Position numbers and translations under genes: made by a program. A DNA stretch of 60,352 nt, filler included. It is 7 parts of 7 records of this genome, joined end to end, with 100 filler letters (N's around TTAATTAATTAA, not from the genome) between each part and the next. Parts side by side here need not be neighbours in the genome. Positions count along the whole stretch, not along the records: positions 28,572 to 35,631 come from SRR31156797_36283; positions 35,732 to 49,612 come from SRR31156797_36287; 5 more parts are not named here. One strand, 5' to 3'. The notes below the pieces were generated by a model that worked only from the letters and a program-made list of their open reading frames with translations, had not been told where the DNA came from and searched no databases. Shown piece by piece: positions 28,573-39,593 of this stretch; the first letter of the stretch is position 1, and each line of letters begins with the position of its first letter.

Positions 28573-30444
28573 TTTATCCGCTACCGTGGTCTGGCAAAGG
28601 ATACAAATCTGTCCGGCCGGTTACAGGCTAACATGCTCATGATGCGAATGAATGTTAAAGATTTCATACTTACAGGCAATGAAAAAGATATCCAGGAGTA
28701 TCGCCACTATCTGGATCAAATGCACCATTTTCTGAAAGAGGCAAAAAAAGAAATTATTAACCCGAAACGAGCTGAAAAAATTGGCTTTATTGACAAAGAA
28801 GTAGAGGAATACAAAGAGGCATTTGAAAAAGTTATTTCTTTCAAAACAGAACGAAACAAAATGGTGAATACCATATTAAATATAATCGGACCCCGTAATG
28901 AAAAAGATTTAACTGAAATCATGACATCGGCAGAGCAGGATGGGGATGTCGAAGCCGGGTATCAAGCCGGAATGGCACTACGTAATCTTCTCCTTGGGCG
29001 TCTTTATGTAATGAAATACCTTGACACCAACAAACAAGGGGATACCGACCGGGCAATGGCAGAATTCAAGGAATTTGATGAGCACATGCATAAGCTGGAC
29101 AATCTAATAGAAAATCCAAGCAGACAAGCTCTGTTGAAAAAAATAGAAGAGGGAGATGAACGGTACAAGACGACTTTCGCAGCACTAAACACTCTTATTA
29201 CTGCACGAAATGAAATTATTAAAAATACATTGGATCGCATTGGGCCGGAGATTGCCGAAGCGGTAGAGGCTGTCAAATTATCAGTTAAGTCAGAACAGGA
29301 CGAACTCGGACCTCAGCTACAATCGGACAGCCATTGGGTGGAAGGAATTGTATCGGCACTATCGATCATAGCAGTCCTTCTGGGTTTGGGACTGGCATTT
29401 TTAATAACTACCAAAATGGTTAAACTCATTAGACTAGCAGGCGGATTGGCAGATAAGGTGGCTTCAGGTGACCTGACTCATTCAATAAATATTGATCAAA
29501 AAGACGAATTGGGAATGCTGATTTCATCATTGAATAAAATGTCTGATCACATGAGATCAATGATTGAAGATGTGGATAATGGCGTAAAAAGCATGACTTC
29601 ATCTTCAGAACAACTGTCCTCAACGTCCGAGAAGATGTTGTCCAATATAGAGCAGACTACCGAAAATTCGGGAAGCGTCGCCAGTGCGGCGGAAGAAATG
29701 TTAACAAATATGAATAGTGTTGCCGCTGCCACACAGCAAACAACTGGGAATATCCAGATGATTGTTGCTGCGGCAGAAGAAATGACATCGACCATTAATG
29801 AAATTGCAAAAAATACTGCCAAAGGAAGTGAAACAACTGCTCAGGCAGTCGAGAAGGCCAAGACTGTTTCAGATAAAGTAGATGCCCTTGGAATGGCTGC
29901 CGATGAAATAAGCAAAGTGACCGAAACCATCGCAGATATTTCTGAACAAACCAACCTGTTGGCCCTTAATGCAACCATAGAAGCAGCAAGAGCCGGTGAA
30001 GCTGGAAAGGGATTCGCTGTTGTGGCCAGCGAGATTAAAGCACTTGCACAACAGACAGCAGAGGCGACAAATGAAATAGATTTAAAAATTGAAAGCGTTC
30101 AAACAACCACAAAAGAATCCGTCAATGCGATTGAGGTCATAGTTAAAGTCATTAACGATATAAATGAGACGGTCACAACAGTCGCAGCCGCCATGGAAGA
30201 ACAATCTGCAACAACCCAAGAAATAGCAAATAATGTAACTCAAGCGGCTTCCGGGTTAGATGAAGTCAATGAAAATGTAAGTCAGACATCCAATATTGCT
30301 GGAGAAGTCACACAAAGCATTACAAATGTCAGCCAAGCCGCCAATGAGGTAAGTGAAAGCAGCAAGCATGTTATGGGCAGTGCTGAGGATTTATCGAAAT
30401 TAGCTGAAAAACTAAATGAGATGGTAAGTCGTTTTAAAATATAG
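28573..30444 (+). CDS. Methyl-accepting chemotaxis protein (helical sensor, TM, HAMP, MA domain), 5'-truncated
   Basis: [34 protein letters not shown]; frame open from the contig edge. Confidence 0.95.
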   Translation, partial: FIRYRGLAKDTNLSGRLQANMLMMRMNVKDFILTGNEKDIQEYRHYLDQMHHFLKEAKKEIINPKRAEKIGFIDKEVEEYKEAFEKVISFKTERNKMVNTILNIIGPRNEKDLTEIMTSAEQDGDVEAGYQAGMALRNLLLGRLYVMKYLDTNKQGDTDRAMAEFKEFDEHMHKLDNLIENPSRQALLKKIEEGDERYKTTFAALNTLITARNEIIKNTLDRIGPEIAEAVEAVKLSVKSEQDELGPQLQSDSHWVEGIVSALSIIAVLLGLGLAFLITTKMVKLIRLAGGLADKVASGDLTHSINIDQKDELGMLISSLNKMSDHMRSMIEDVDNGVKSMTSSSEQLSSTSEKMLSNIEQTTENSGSVASAAEEMLTNMNSVAAATQQTTGNIQMIVAAAEEMTSTINEIAKNTAKGSETTAQAVEKAKTVSDKVDALGMAADEISKVTETIADISEQTNLLALNATIEAARAGEAGKGFAVVASEIKALAQQTAEATNEIDLKIESVQTTTKESVNAIEVIVKVINDINETVTTVAAAMEEQSATTQEIANNVTQAASGLDEVNENVSQTSNIAGEVTQSITNVSQAANEVSESSKHVMGSAEDLSKLAEKLNEMVSRFKI

Positions 30445-30691
30445 ATGAAATTGGTGTCTTGCCGAGTCTTTCTCGGTTAGGGCCATGGAAATTGTTTGAA
30501 ACTATTATTAAAATAGAAATAGGGGCGCCCGGGCGCCCTGCAAAATGACCCAGTTCCATTTTTCCCCACCTTTTTTTATTCATGCATCAGCACTGCCATT
30601 ATTGCGCTTGACTTTTTTAATTACACTTATTAGAACGAAAGCAGACTGTTTCAATCAGTAATCTTATCTCATAGAAAAATAATATCTCTTT

Positions 30692-30770
30692 GGCTCATGT
30701 TGCGTTTCAGGATCTTTTTATAAACCGATCAGCTTAACTATTTGAAATAGTTTGCAAAATGACCATTATA
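30692..30770 (+). mobile_element. Partial copy (left end) of a MITE/IS-end element
   Basis: ggctcatgttgcgtttcag..atcagcttaact..aatagtttgcaaaat aligns with the element starting at 33670. Confidence 0.6.
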
Positions 30771-30855
30771 GTTTAACTATATGAAAATGTGAATATTGTT
30801 ATTTATTTCAATGTATTATGCCGAATTAGGTGTTAACAATGAAAAGGAGAACCAT

Positions 30856-32406
30856 ATGAAAAAAATGAATTGTATGATGGGAACCATTGCTGCATTCTTT
30901 ATTTTAATACTTTTGGCTGGCTCAGCTTCCAGTCAAACTGACAAACCCAATATTCTTGTTCTTTGGGGGGATGATATAGGGCAATCAAATATCAGTGCTT
31001 ACACCCATGGGTTAATAGGGTATCAAACCCCGAATATCGATCGTATTTCCAAAGAAGGTATCACTTTTACAGATTATTATGGTGAGCAAAGTTGTACCGC
31101 AGGTCGCTCCTCTTTTATTATGGGACAGTCTGTTATTCGAACCGGACTTTCCAAAGTTGGATTCCCCGGTGCCAAAGAGGGAATGCAGGTGGAGGACCCC
31201 ACCATCGCCGGTCTTCTTAAGGGTCAAGGCTATGCCACTGGTCAGTTTGGCAAAAATCACTTGGGTGACAGGGATGAGATGCTGCCCAGTAATCACGGTT
31301 TTGATGAATTTTTTGGAAATCTTTATCATCTCAACGCCGAAGAAGAACCGGAAAATGAAGATTACCCGAAAAATCCTGAATTTCGTAAAAAATTCGGCCC
31401 GCGTGGTGTCATTAAATCCTTTGCCGACGGCAGGATAGAAGATACTGGTCCATTGACCAAGAAGCGCATGGAAATTGTTGATGATGAAACCTCAGACGCC
31501 GCCATCGACTTCATCAAACGCCAGGCTGCAGCAGGAAGTCCTTTTTTCTGCTGGTGGAGTGGTACCCGGATGCATTTTCGCACCCATGTAAAGAAAGAAC
31601 TGCGAGGCATTTCCGGTCAGGACGAATATGCCGACGGTATGGTTGAACATGACATGCACATCGGCAAGTTTCTCAAGGTCCTGGATGAGCTTGGTATTGC
31701 CGATAACACTATCGTTTTCTACTCCACTGACAACGGGCCCCATATGAACACCTGGCCCGATGCCGCCATGACGCCTTTCCGCGGCGAAAAAAACACCAAT
31801 TGGGAAGGTGGCTGGCGTGTACCTGCCATGGTTCGCTGGCCAGGAAACATCAAGGCCGGAGTCTGGTCTAATGAGATTATGCACCACATGGACTGGCTGC
31901 CGACTTTCCTGGCCGCAGCAGGCGATTCGAATATTAAAGAAAAGCTTAAAAAGGGCGGCGTTTCAGCTATTGGCAGAACCTATAAGGTACATCTTGACGG
32001 ATATAATTTCCTGCCATATCTGACGGGTGAAGAGGAAAAGGGGCCCCGCCATGAAATATTTTATTTTTCCGACGATGGTGATCTCACCGCCCTTCGCTAC
32101 GATGACTGGAAACTGGTTTTCATGGAACAGCGGGCGAAAGGTACTCTGGAATTATGGGCCAACCCCTTTACACCGCTGAGAGTGCCGCTTCTTTTTAACC
32201 TGCGCCGGGATCCATACGAACGGGCCCAGTTGACCTCAAATACATACTATGACTGGCTGATAGATCGTGTATACTTGTTGCTTCCAGCCCAGACCTATAC
32301 AGGAGAATTCCTCAAAAGCTTTAAGGAATTTCCTCCCCGCCAGGAAGCTGCAAGCTTTAATTTGGACAAGGTGATGGAGGCACTGACTGATCCAGCTTCA
32401 CATTAA
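30856..32406 (+). CDS. Secreted Cys-type arylsulfatase
   Basis: Signal peptide; WGDDIG, SCTAGR (CxxxR formylglycine motif), GKNHLG, TDNG; AAGGAG RBS before ATG 30856. Confidence 0.93.
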   Translation: MKKMNCMMGTIAAFFILILLAGSASSQTDKPNILVLWGDDIGQSNISAYTHGLIGYQTPNIDRISKEGITFTDYYGEQSCTAGRSSFIMGQSVIRTGLSKVGFPGAKEGMQVEDPTIAGLLKGQGYATGQFGKNHLGDRDEMLPSNHGFDEFFGNLYHLNAEEEPENEDYPKNPEFRKKFGPRGVIKSFADGRIEDTGPLTKKRMEIVDDETSDAAIDFIKRQAAAGSPFFCWWSGTRMHFRTHVKKELRGISGQDEYADGMVEHDMHIGKFLKVLDELGIADNTIVFYSTDNGPHMNTWPDAAMTPFRGEKNTNWEGGWRVPAMVRWPGNIKAGVWSNEIMHHMDWLPTFLAAAGDSNIKEKLKKGGVSAIGRTYKVHLDGYNFLPYLTGEEEKGPRHEIFYFSDDGDLTALRYDDWKLVFMEQRAKGTLELWANPFTPLRVPLLFNLRRDPYERAQLTSNTYYDWLIDRVYLLLPAQTYTGEFLKSFKEFPPRQEAASFNLDKVMEALTDPASH

Positions 32407-32418
32407 TCCGTATTTCCC

Positions 32419-32452
32419 GCCACACCCGGTTGTTACACCAACCGGGTGTGGC
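32419..32452 (+). terminator. Stem-loop downstream of the sulfatase
   Basis: gccacacccggttg / caaccgggtgtggc perfect 14-bp stem; weak U tract. Confidence 0.55.
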
Positions 32453-32667
32453 AGCAGCTACCGGCTCCAGGTGAGCGATGTTCAGGCAGACGGCCGGGCA
32501 AAGATTGGATATTTTAACCCCAGGCTCATTCATGTGGCTGACACATGGATTTCAACACAAAAAAACTTGATCAAACTTTTCATCAGACTGCCATGGACAA
32601 AATCTTTGAGGTGGTCTTTGTAAAAAGCAGCAGTGAAACTCCATAGCTAAAGAAAAAAAGGAAAAAT

Positions 32668-33657
32668 ATGTATAAATTAAATAGATTGAGCCTTGTCGTA
32701 TTGTTTCTGTTTTGTTCATGTATTAATTTTGTCTGGGCCCAAAACGATTCATTGCAATCCTGGAATGAAGGGTCAAGCAAAACGGCTATTATTGAATTTG
32801 TCCAGGCCGTAACCGATACATCCAGTCCCGACTATGTTCCGGCCGGTGAACGTATCGCAGTTTTTGACAATGACGGGACTCTCTGGTCCGAAAAACCTGC
32901 TTACTTCCAACTCTATTTTGCCATGGATCGGGTCAAAGAGCTGGCAGCAGATCATCCGGAATGGAAGAGCCAACAACCGTTTCAAGCTGTGCTTGAAGGA
33001 GATATGGAAACTCTTGCGGCCTCAGGAGAAAAGGGGTTACTCCAATTAATAATGGCCACCCACGCAGGAATGACAAGCGACGATTTTACCAATGTCGTCA
33101 AAAAATGGCTGCAAACCGCAAAACATCCCACCTTAAAAAAACCGTTCACTGAACTTGTTTTCAAGCCCATGCTCGAACTTTTGGATTACCTGCGGGAAAA
33201 CGATTTTAAAACCTATATTGTATCCGGGGGCGGTATTGAGTTTATGAGGCCCTGGACTGAAGAGATATATGGTATTCCGCCGGAACAGGTCGTGGGCAGT
33301 TCAATCGTTACAAAATTTGAACTGCATAACCGAAAACCCGTGTTGATAAGGGAACCCAAACTCAATTTTATCGACGATAAAGCTGGAAAACCGGTTGGCA
33401 TCAACCAGCATATTGGTCGACGCCCTATTTTTGCCTTTGGCAATTCCGATGGTGATTTACAGATGTTGCAATATACGACGCTCGGTGTCACCGCAAAACG
33501 TTTTGCAGGGATTGTTCATCATACAGATGAAATAAGGGAATTTTCCTATGATCGAGACTCTCATATCGGCCGTTTGGACAAAGCACTGAATGAAGCTGAT
33601 TTACATGGCTGGACCGTGGTGGATATGAAAAAGGAATGGAAGGTTATCTACCCTTGA
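32668..33657 (+). CDS. Secreted HAD-family hydrolase (nonspecific acid phosphatase-like)
   Basis: Signal peptide; FDNDGTLW, IVSGGG, GK, FGNSDGD. Confidence 0.9.
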   Translation: MYKLNRLSLVVLFLFCSCINFVWAQNDSLQSWNEGSSKTAIIEFVQAVTDTSSPDYVPAGERIAVFDNDGTLWSEKPAYFQLYFAMDRVKELAADHPEWKSQQPFQAVLEGDMETLAASGEKGLLQLIMATHAGMTSDDFTNVVKKWLQTAKHPTLKKPFTELVFKPMLELLDYLRENDFKTYIVSGGGIEFMRPWTEEIYGIPPEQVVGSSIVTKFELHNRKPVLIREPKLNFIDDKAGKPVGINQHIGRRPIFAFGNSDGDLQMLQYTTLGVTAKRFAGIVHHTDEIREFSYDRDSHIGRLDKALNEADLHGWTVVDMKKEWKVIYP

Positions 33658-33669
33658 TTTAATGAAAAA

Positions 33670-33801
33670 GGCTCATGTTGCGTTTCAAGGTCTTTTTATG
33701 GGTTGGTCAGCTTAACCTTTTGCAATAGTTGACAAAATAGCCATGTGTTTAAAATATATATCTTCTGAATCAAAAATAAGATCCAAAACGCAACATGAAC
33801 C
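33670..33801. mobile_element. 132-bp MITE-like element with terminal inverted repeats
   Basis: ggctcatgttgcgttt ... aaacgcaacatgaacc (16-bp IR, one mismatch); no ORF. Confidence 0.7.
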
Positions 33802-33999
33802 TTTTCCGAAAACGCAAGTTGATAAAAATGAAGCTCTTAATTTATAATAACTTACAGCAAATCTTAAACTCTTTAGGTCTATATGGTAATTAGATGACCA
33901 TATAGAGAAAGGAGGTACTATACGAATCTAATTTCAAGAGACAAGACATTCTTTGATGTGGAATATGGTGTAACTCTCAAATAGATAAGGAGGAGAAGT

Positions 34000-35244
34000 A
34001 TGAAAAGAATAGTATTAGTCGCGGTTATTATATTAGCTGCTTTTACCTTTTCAAGTCAGGCCTTTGCTCAAATAACGATTGAGCAACTCGGTGAAAAGCT
34101 TTATTTTGACCAAAACCTTTCGCTTAACAGCAATCAGTCCTGTGCAAGCTGTCACGACCCTGCCTTTGGTTTTGTCGATCCAAAGAATGTACAATTTGGC
34201 TCCCCGGTTTCAGAGGGATCCGTAGCTGAAACATCCGGAGTGTTAAACTCACCAAGTGCGGCTTACGCTGCTTTTAGCCCGTTCTTTCACTTTGATCGTG
34301 TTGAAGGATTGTTCGTCGGCGGTCAGTTCTGGAATGGCCGAGCCAACACACTGGCCGAGCAGGCTGCTGGCCCATTCCTTAATCCAGTAGAGATGGCCAT
34401 GCCAGACAAGTGGGCAGTGGTGGATCGACTGAGAACCAGTGTAGACCCTGCCCCTAATTACAAGGCCATGTTCGATGAAGTTTTTGGTATTGATCTAAGT
34501 GCCATTCCTCCGTATGACAGTCCAACCCCTGTGGACGAAGCTGATTTTCCCCCCGGAGTACTGGAAGTGTATGACCGCATGGCGAAAGCCATCGGTGAGT
34601 TCGAAAAGACTGAGCTGTTCACAAAGTTTGACTCTAAGTATGACTACTATCTGGCCGGCTTGACGACCTTGACGAAGCAAGAAGAGAAGGGACTCAAATT
34701 CTTCAATAATCAGGGTAAATGTGCGCTTTGCCATTTGCCGGATCCCACTTTGGCACCCGATGGTGTCAACCTGTTTCCACCGATGTTCACCGACTTCACA
34801 TACGACAACCTGGGTGTGCCGCAGAATGTGAATATCCCTGGTACACCCATTGACCCAGGCTTGGGTGGTCGTGAGGACATCTCTGCCATAGATCCCGAAG
34901 GCCAAATTGGTAAGCATAAGGTAATGACTCTGCGTAATATTGAACTGACGCCACCCTATGCGCATAACGGTGTGTTCGCGACCCTGGAAGAGATAGTTCA
35001 TTTCTATAACACCCGTGATGTCCTTGGGGTGTGTGTCGACAACAATGACCCCGGATTTGGCGTCACCTGCTGGCCTCCACCGGAAGTGCCAGAAAACGTG
35101 AATGTCGCCGAGTTAGGTCGCCTCAAATTAAGTGCGGCTGATGAGGCAGACATCGTAGCATTCCTGAAGACTCTGAGCGATGGATGGGGTCCAGCAAATA
35201 ATATGGCTCCACTACCGCGTCCGGTGATGCCACCGATGCCTTAG
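34000..35244 (+). CDS. Di-haem cytochrome c peroxidase / MauG-family protein
   Basis: Signal peptide; LGEKLYFD, CASCH, GQFWNGRA..L.EQA.GP, CALCH, LRNIELTPPYAHNG. Confidence 0.9.
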   Translation: MKRIVLVAVIILAAFTFSSQAFAQITIEQLGEKLYFDQNLSLNSNQSCASCHDPAFGFVDPKNVQFGSPVSEGSVAETSGVLNSPSAAYAAFSPFFHFDRVEGLFVGGQFWNGRANTLAEQAAGPFLNPVEMAMPDKWAVVDRLRTSVDPAPNYKAMFDEVFGIDLSAIPPYDSPTPVDEADFPPGVLEVYDRMAKAIGEFEKTELFTKFDSKYDYYLAGLTTLTKQEEKGLKFFNNQGKCALCHLPDPTLAPDGVNLFPPMFTDFTYDNLGVPQNVNIPGTPIDPGLGGREDISAIDPEGQIGKHKVMTLRNIELTPPYAHNGVFATLEEIVHFYNTRDVLGVCVDNNDPGFGVTCWPPPEVPENVNVAELGRLKLSAADEADIVAFLKTLSDGWGPANNMAPLPRPVMPPMP

Positions 35245-35277
35245 CTAAAAGCCCAATTGAATAGAACCTTTTCATGA

Positions 35278-35309
35278 AAAGATGCCCGGCTTGATAGTTG
35301 GGCATCTTT
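35278..35309 (+). terminator. Rho-independent terminator
   Basis: aaagatgcccggct-tgat-agttgggcatcttt followed by T-rich sequence. Confidence 0.65.
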
Positions 35310-35631
35310 ATTTGTATGTTGAGTGTTTAATTAATCGCAATACAATATGCCAAAATAGAGTCTTTCCAAATCTGTTAAATCACCTATTCTCGCTATTAAA
35401 GTTGAATTACAGATATGTGCAATGTATCAAAGTTTTCCGATCCGTTGAAAATCTTTGATAGCTAATAAGTGTTGGTTTATGTCGCGTTTTGAGATCTTTT
35501 AAATTTTAGTAACAAAAAGCAAGAATTAAATTGCATTACGGACTGTTATGATGGTAAATGTTCGCGCCTTGCTATTAACGAGTTACACTCGGACTGGAGC
35601 TGATGAAGGTAAATATCAAGACCCTGATAGA

Positions 35632-35731
35632 NNNNNNNNNNNNNNNNNNNNNNNNNNNNNNNNNNNNNNNNNNNNTTAATTAATTAANNNNNNNNNNNNN
35701 NNNNNNNNNNNNNNNNNNNNNNNNNNNNNNN
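35632..35731. other. Artificial contig linker
   Basis: N-run + TTAATTAATTAA + N-run. Confidence 0.99.
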
Positions 35732-35887
35732 AGCGCCCGTGTGGTTGCTAGAGCTTTAATGCATAAAAGAAGGGCTTTTGCCGTCAGGTTAGGATTCGGA
35801 GCGATGATAAAAGCCGGTTGGCCTGTCTGTACAAAAGTAAATAAAAAAGAAACATACCTGCCCGGTTATAAGCACAAATGGGATTAA
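35732..35887 (+). CDS. Probable 3' end of an upstream gene of the polysaccharide locus
   Basis: Frame open from the contig edge to TAA 35885-35887, 6 nt before the flippase ATG. Confidence 0.35.
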   Translation, partial: SARVVARALMHKRRAFAVRLGFGAMIKAGWPVCTKVNKKETYLPGYKHKWD

Positions 35888-35893
35888 AAAATA

Positions 35894-37384
35894 ATGCTGT
35901 CGGATATTAAATCCATATTCAAACATTCCTCGGTATACGGATTTTCAACCATTCTTCAAAAGGGGATTGGTTTTTTTATGATCCCTGTATATACGGGGTT
36001 CTTATCCCCATCAGATTACGGGATACTTGAATTGATGGAACTGACCATCAACATTATATCAATGCTGATAGGTCTTCGTCTCGGTTCAGGAATTATCCGG
36101 TTTTACCACGAGTATGAAACAGAAGAAGAACGAATCGAATTGTTTTCAACGGCCTTGATTTTCGTCGTGTGCAGCACCATTTTATTAGTTGCTGTTTTGC
36201 AGCTCTTTACACATCAGTTTGCAGATTGGGTACTTGGCGATAGTAACTATTTTAACTATTTTCAAATCATTTTCACGGCAATGGGGCTCCAGATTATTGC
36301 AACTGTGCCGGAAAGCATACTTTTAGCAGAAAAAAAATCGGCAATTTATTCTGGTGTTACAATTTTCACCCTTTTTTCCTACCTTGCTTTAAATGTATTA
36401 TTTCTTGTCATTATAAAAATAGGGGTAATTGGCATACTTTTAAGTATGCTAATTACAAAAATACTGAATACTTCATTTTTACTGATTATATCACGTCGAA
36501 AATATTCGTTCCGGTTTTCCTTTCAAAAATTAAAGAAGATGGTGAAATTTACGCTTCCGCTTGTTCCCGCATCTTTTTTTATGTTTGCCATGCACTATGC
36601 CGATCGTTTTTTTATTCAAAAATTTTGTGATCTTAATGAATTGGGTCTTTATTCTTTGGGATATAAATTTGGTATGATAATTTCTGTTTTAATCTCAGGG
36701 CCGTTTTTTCGTATATGGAATACAAAAAGATTTGAAATGGCAAAAGATGAAGATGCTAAACAGAAAATGGGGCTGTTTTTCACATACTATACGCTGGTCA
36801 TCACTATAGCGGCTTTGGGCATTTCAATTTTTATACGCGAAGTCATTCTGATTATGACACCGGAATCCTATTCCGGTGCAACTTCCATAGTGGCCGCCAT
36901 AACCATTGCCTATGTTTTATATGGTATTTCCAATTTTTTTAATCTTGGCATGATGCTGACATATAAAACAAAATACTTGGCCTACACCCAGATGGGCGTG
37001 TCCGTGTTTAATATAATCATAAATTATTTCCTGATTCAGTGGTGGGGTGTCAATGGGGCTGTGGCAGCAACATTGCTTTCGTTTTTTTTCTTATCAATTA
37101 TTTCATTGGTGGTTTCCCAACACCTCTACCCCATTCGAATAGAGTATATGAGAATTGGTATACTTTGGATCTTGTATTTTTCTTTCTATTGGGCTTCGTC
37201 CTTTATTCGGTTTGGAATTGTTTGGTCTTTAACTTTGAAGGCATTACTTTTTATCGGATTTCCCCTGATATTGTATTTGACGGGCTTTTTTACAAAAATA
37301 GAAATTGAAAAAACCAAAGAATTGTCAACTGCCATAATGACGACTGTGAAAAATAATACCTTGGTTTTGTTAAAAGGAAAGTAA
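35894..37384 (+). CDS. Wzx/MOP-family oligosaccharide flippase
   Basis: Many TM helices; KHSSVYG, LSPSDYG, YADRFFI, LGLYSLGYKF. Confidence 0.88.
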   Translation: MLSDIKSIFKHSSVYGFSTILQKGIGFFMIPVYTGFLSPSDYGILELMELTINIISMLIGLRLGSGIIRFYHEYETEEERIELFSTALIFVVCSTILLVAVLQLFTHQFADWVLGDSNYFNYFQIIFTAMGLQIIATVPESILLAEKKSAIYSGVTIFTLFSYLALNVLFLVIIKIGVIGILLSMLITKILNTSFLLIISRRKYSFRFSFQKLKKMVKFTLPLVPASFFMFAMHYADRFFIQKFCDLNELGLYSLGYKFGMIISVLISGPFFRIWNTKRFEMAKDEDAKQKMGLFFTYYTLVITIAALGISIFIREVILIMTPESYSGATSIVAAITIAYVLYGISNFFNLGMMLTYKTKYLAYTQMGVSVFNIIINYFLIQWWGVNGAVAATLLSFFFLSIISLVVSQHLYPIRIEYMRIGILWILYFSFYWASSFIRFGIVWSLTLKALLFIGFPLILYLTGFFTKIEIEKTKELSTAIMTTVKNNTLVLLKGK

Positions 37385-37387
37385 TAT

Positions 37388-38326
37388 ATGTCATTTAAGC
37401 TTACCATTTTAACCTTTCACAAGGTTGTGGACAATCCGTATTTTATACCGCCAATGGCAGTCAGTGTAAAAACCTTCAAAGGCCTCTTAAAAAGGCTGCA
37501 TTGGTTAGGGCGTATAATCTCCTTATCCCAGGCGGCAGAAGAAATAAAAAATGATACACTCAGGGGAAACAATTTAGCCATTACATTTGATGATGGTTAT
37601 CTTGATAATTATGGAACAGCTGCGAATATTCTTTTAAACTACCGCCTGCCGGCAACGTTTTTCGTCCCTTTTAACCAAATAGAGAAACAGGAAATATTTT
37701 GGTGGGACCATGTGTTTTTTTTGGTGGAAAAGAACTTTCAACGGTTTCACCAGTGGTTTGCCGAATTGAACCAAACAATTTCAATTGATGGATCTAAAGC
37801 CCCGGAAAAATATGCAAGACAGGTTGTTCAGGTTTTGAACGGACTTTCAGAAAACAAAAGACACCAGATTATATCAGGTTTAAATGCTGAATTTGGAAAG
37901 TATAAGGGTCCTAGACAACTGATGACCTGGGATGAGATAAAAAGTCTTGTTCACAAGGGTTTTGAAATAGGGTCCCATACCCTATCCCACATACCGTTAA
38001 CACACCTTGACGACCGGCAAGCGAAATATGAAATTTCATACTCAAAAAAATGCCTATCGGACAAAATCGGACAGGATGTAAAAGGATTTTGTTATCCAAG
38101 AGGGGCTTTTGAAAGTCCGCACTTAGAAATGGTCAGACAAAGTGGATATACTTATGCTGTCAGTACAAAATTCGGATCAAATACAAAATCTTCTAATACA
38201 TTCGCGTTTAATAGGAGAGCCATTTCCGATTATCCAGATTTTAGAAATACGGTTGCAAGCGGCATTCATCTTTTTGAACTTACAGGGGCTCTTGATAGTG
38301 TTTTGTTAAAAAGGCGGATCGCTTAA
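37388..38326 (+). CDS. Polysaccharide deacetylase (CE4/NodB)
   Basis: LTFHKV, ITFDDGY, MTWDEI, IGSHTLSH, FCYPRG. Confidence 0.92.
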   Translation: MSFKLTILTFHKVVDNPYFIPPMAVSVKTFKGLLKRLHWLGRIISLSQAAEEIKNDTLRGNNLAITFDDGYLDNYGTAANILLNYRLPATFFVPFNQIEKQEIFWWDHVFFLVEKNFQRFHQWFAELNQTISIDGSKAPEKYARQVVQVLNGLSENKRHQIISGLNAEFGKYKGPRQLMTWDEIKSLVHKGFEIGSHTLSHIPLTHLDDRQAKYEISYSKKCLSDKIGQDVKGFCYPRGAFESPHLEMVRQSGYTYAVSTKFGSNTKSSNTFAFNRRAISDYPDFRNTVASGIHLFELTGALDSVLLKRRIA

Positions 38327-38327
38327 A

Positions 38328-39593
38328 TTGGCTTTAAAATCTATACTTTTTATTCTGATTGTACTTTGTGCTTGTGCCGGCTCAATTATAATTACCCCGT
38401 TCATCGGATTGTGTGGTTATATTTTATCCTACAATATTAACCCCATTGGATTCTGGTGGGGAAAACAGCTTCCAGATATATTTCAACGGTATTCATTGAT
38501 TTTTTCATTGGCCTGTTTCGGGGGGATGATCATCCATTGGGGAAAATTGAAATACCGCAGAATTCTGGATCGGCAGGAGATTCTTCTAATACTCTTCATA
38601 ATTATAATTTGGTTATCTACCTTGACGGGTGTGCAGACACTCAATTTAGGTGAGAATAGTATGAAGATGACAAAAATTTGTATTATTCTTCTTGCCGCCT
38701 CTCACATAATAACAAATTTAAAATATTTGAATATTGTAGTATGGATTTATATATTAAGCTCATTATATAGCGGATTCGAGATTTATACCGCAGACTATCT
38801 ATCCTTTGCGGGTGGAAGGCTCCAAAGTGGCGTTGGGGGGTCTGATTTTGCTGAAGGCAACTTTTTAGCAGCCCACTATTTAATGGTTTTACCCTGGGTC
38901 GGCATTTATTTCATAAAAGGAAACATAAAAAATAAAATTATTTGTGTCTCGGCAGCCGCCATTATCGTCAACACCCTTATTTTAATAGAATCTAGGGGCG
39001 CGTTTTTAGCATTAGGGCTTGGGTCTGTCTGTGCCATTATTATTGCCGGGAAAAAATATAGAAACAAAATTATATTAGTTTTATTAATGGGCATTTCTGG
39101 TTTTATCTACCTGTCAGATACCTCCTTTTGGACTCGGATGGACACCATTGAAACAAGTGAGGCGTCCATGGACCGTTCTGCTGCAGGGAGAATCGAAGCC
39201 TGGTATGCCGCCATCGAAATGTTCAAGGATTATCCTTATGGCGTTGGAGAAGGCAATTTTAAAGTCTTAGTGGGTTCTTACAACCCTGATGCTGCAGGCC
39301 GGGATACCCATAACACTTTTTTTCGGTGCTTATCTGAACTTGGTCTGCAGGGACTTTTAACACTCCTGTTTATGATTTATACAGCATTTTCGTATCTGGG
39401 TATGATACAGAAGCATTTGGATATAAACTCACCTATTGGTCAAGAATACAATTTGCATATTATTGCGTTGCGAATTAGTTTGATGATGTACCTTGTAACA
39501 ACACTTTTTCTTAGCCACACTTATATCGAAGAATTATATTGGTTATTAATGTTCCCATTGTTTTTAAAAAGATGTTATGAAAATGAATTCTAA
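38328..39593 (+). CDS. O-antigen ligase/polymerase (Wzy_C) family membrane protein, exosortase-locus type
   Basis: Multi-TM; ESRGAFL, SAAGRIEAW, PYGVGEGNF, DTHNTF..ELGLQG. Confidence 0.85.
   Translation: MALKSILFILIVLCACAGSIIITPFIGLCGYILSYNINPIGFWWGKQLPDIFQRYSLIFSLACFGGMIIHWGKLKYRRILDRQEILLILFIIIIWLSTLTGVQTLNLGENSMKMTKICIILLAASHIITNLKYLNIVVWIYILSSLYSGFEIYTADYLSFAGGRLQSGVGGSDFAEGNFLAAHYLMVLPWVGIYFIKGNIKNKIICVSAAAIIVNTLILIESRGAFLALGLGSVCAIIIAGKKYRNKIILVLLMGISGFIYLSDTSFWTRMDTIETSEASMDRSAAGRIEAWYAAIEMFKDYPYGVGEGNFKVLVGSYNPDAAGRDTHNTFFRCLSELGLQGLLTLLFMIYTAFSYLGMIQKHLDINSPIGQEYNLHIIALRISLMMYLVTTLFLSHTYIEELYWLLMFPLFLKRCYENEF

Noticed and set aside
7817-32406. Functional link between the sulfotransferase and the arylsulfatase
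   Set aside because: They lie on different contigs separated by linkers
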